From Magallana gigas (Eukaryota): a DNA stretch of 64,000 bases. The notes below the pieces were generated by a model. The model ran no database searches. It had not been told where the DNA came from and saw only the letters and a program-made list of their open reading frames with translations. Location: positions 46,562,001 through 46,626,000 of the forward strand of contig NC_088857.1 of assembly GCF_963853765.1 (NCBI RefSeq), written 5' to 3'. Shown one piece after another: positions 62,844 through 64,000 of the stretch. A program made the position numbers and the translations under genes. Positions within the stretch are counted from its first letter, which is position 1; the number at the start of each line of letters is the position of its first letter.

Positions 62844-64000
62844 CCAGAAATAACAAAAATGTTCTATTTCATTTTAGACTCTGTATTCGTACATCCATTA
62901 TAGCTATCTACTGATATAAGTTATTATTTTATCAGACAGAAATTTATCCAATCTGACGTTTTATATTTTTCTAATGATGAAATATATATACTCTGTACCT
63001 ATCAATACACGTGTAATATTACGTAGAAGGTATATATATTAAAACATATAACGTCAGGTGCCCTGTGACTTATCCTTATTGAAACTTGAATATTAAAATA
63101 CATGTAAGTGATTGATTGGTTGGTTGATTGATTGATTGAACGTTTTTAACAAGAACAGCGCAAACAAACGGTAGTTACATGTACATGTAGTTTAGATCGT
63201 GCGTAAAACGGTTTATTGAACATATGCCGTACGTAATTTTTATGCATTTAAGTGAATTCCGCAATCCATTGTACACATATTATGTAATATATCATGTGCG
63301 GATATGAAAGGGGGGAGGGGAGTCTGGACCCTCCTTGGGAAAAGTCGAATTTTTTGAAATTACAAAGTAAAATTACCGAAAATATACCTCGCCCCCCCCC
63401 CCTCACGGAACCCCCTGGAAAAAAATTATGGGTCCCCGCACGTATATGTAGCGTAAGTCGAACATTATATTAAAAAAGTTAAGTGAAAACATTATTGTTC
63501 TGGACTATTGAAGTTCTTAACAAAATCTTTTGGCAAAAAACCCACAAAAAATACCGAAATCAAACTTGAACGTATGGATGAGGTGAGGAGCTATACACAG
63601 TGTATTGTAAAGGGAAAATGGACAAGCTTAAGGATAACAAATTTATCGCAAAAGGACAGCAATTTCAAAATACTTATTGCATTTGCTCCAAACTGTATAT
63701 GGGTTGTGATGTTTCGAGAGCTAAGTGGGGTGTGTGTGGAAGTTCACCTTCATTATGCATGCACATATTTCACATGTATCGTCCAATGATATATGTAACA
63801 TTTGAAATACATATACCTGCAGGTACATCAACAAACCAATGAAAAAATGTAAATTTATTACTAAGTATTATAATATACATGTAATTAATATGGGTTTTTT
63901 GGTGACAAAAAAAACCTTAATTTATCAATTGGACTCTTAAAATGTATTGAAATATTTTAAACCCAAGGATATGTATAAGAAGCAGTCGTGAAATATTTTC

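Overview
AT-rich eukaryotic genomic DNA with introns and two N-gaps. It is most likely an oyster (Crassostrea/Magallana type), inferred from CYP356-like genes and a Cg170-like repeat that I recognise from memory. I assembled five complete multi-exon genes by hand, each with GT-AG junctions and a continuous reading frame: (1) a CHST15-like Golgi sulfotransferase (-, 7 coding exons, 566 aa) with a long cationic C-terminal tail; (2) a secreted astacin+MAM (meprin-like) protein (-, 9 exons, 394 aa) that has lost every zinc ligand, the catalytic Glu, the Met-turn and the propeptide while keeping an intact ORF and a TATA box; (3,4) two intact clan-2 cytochrome P450 paralogues (CYP356/CYP17-like, -, 10 exons, 501 aa each), interleaved with remnants of up to three dead copies; (5) N6AMT1/HEMK2 (+, 6 exons, 222 aa), head-to-head with the last CYP. 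The rest is repeat-rich: a Bel/Pao LTR element lacking integrase, inserted in a dead CYP exon and carrying a nested TIR element; two 5'-truncated LINEs; TTAA- and TA-flanked MITEs; a SINE; and satellites. The strongest novelty candidate is the pseudo-protease astacin-MAM gene. All family assignments come from motif recognition, not database searches.
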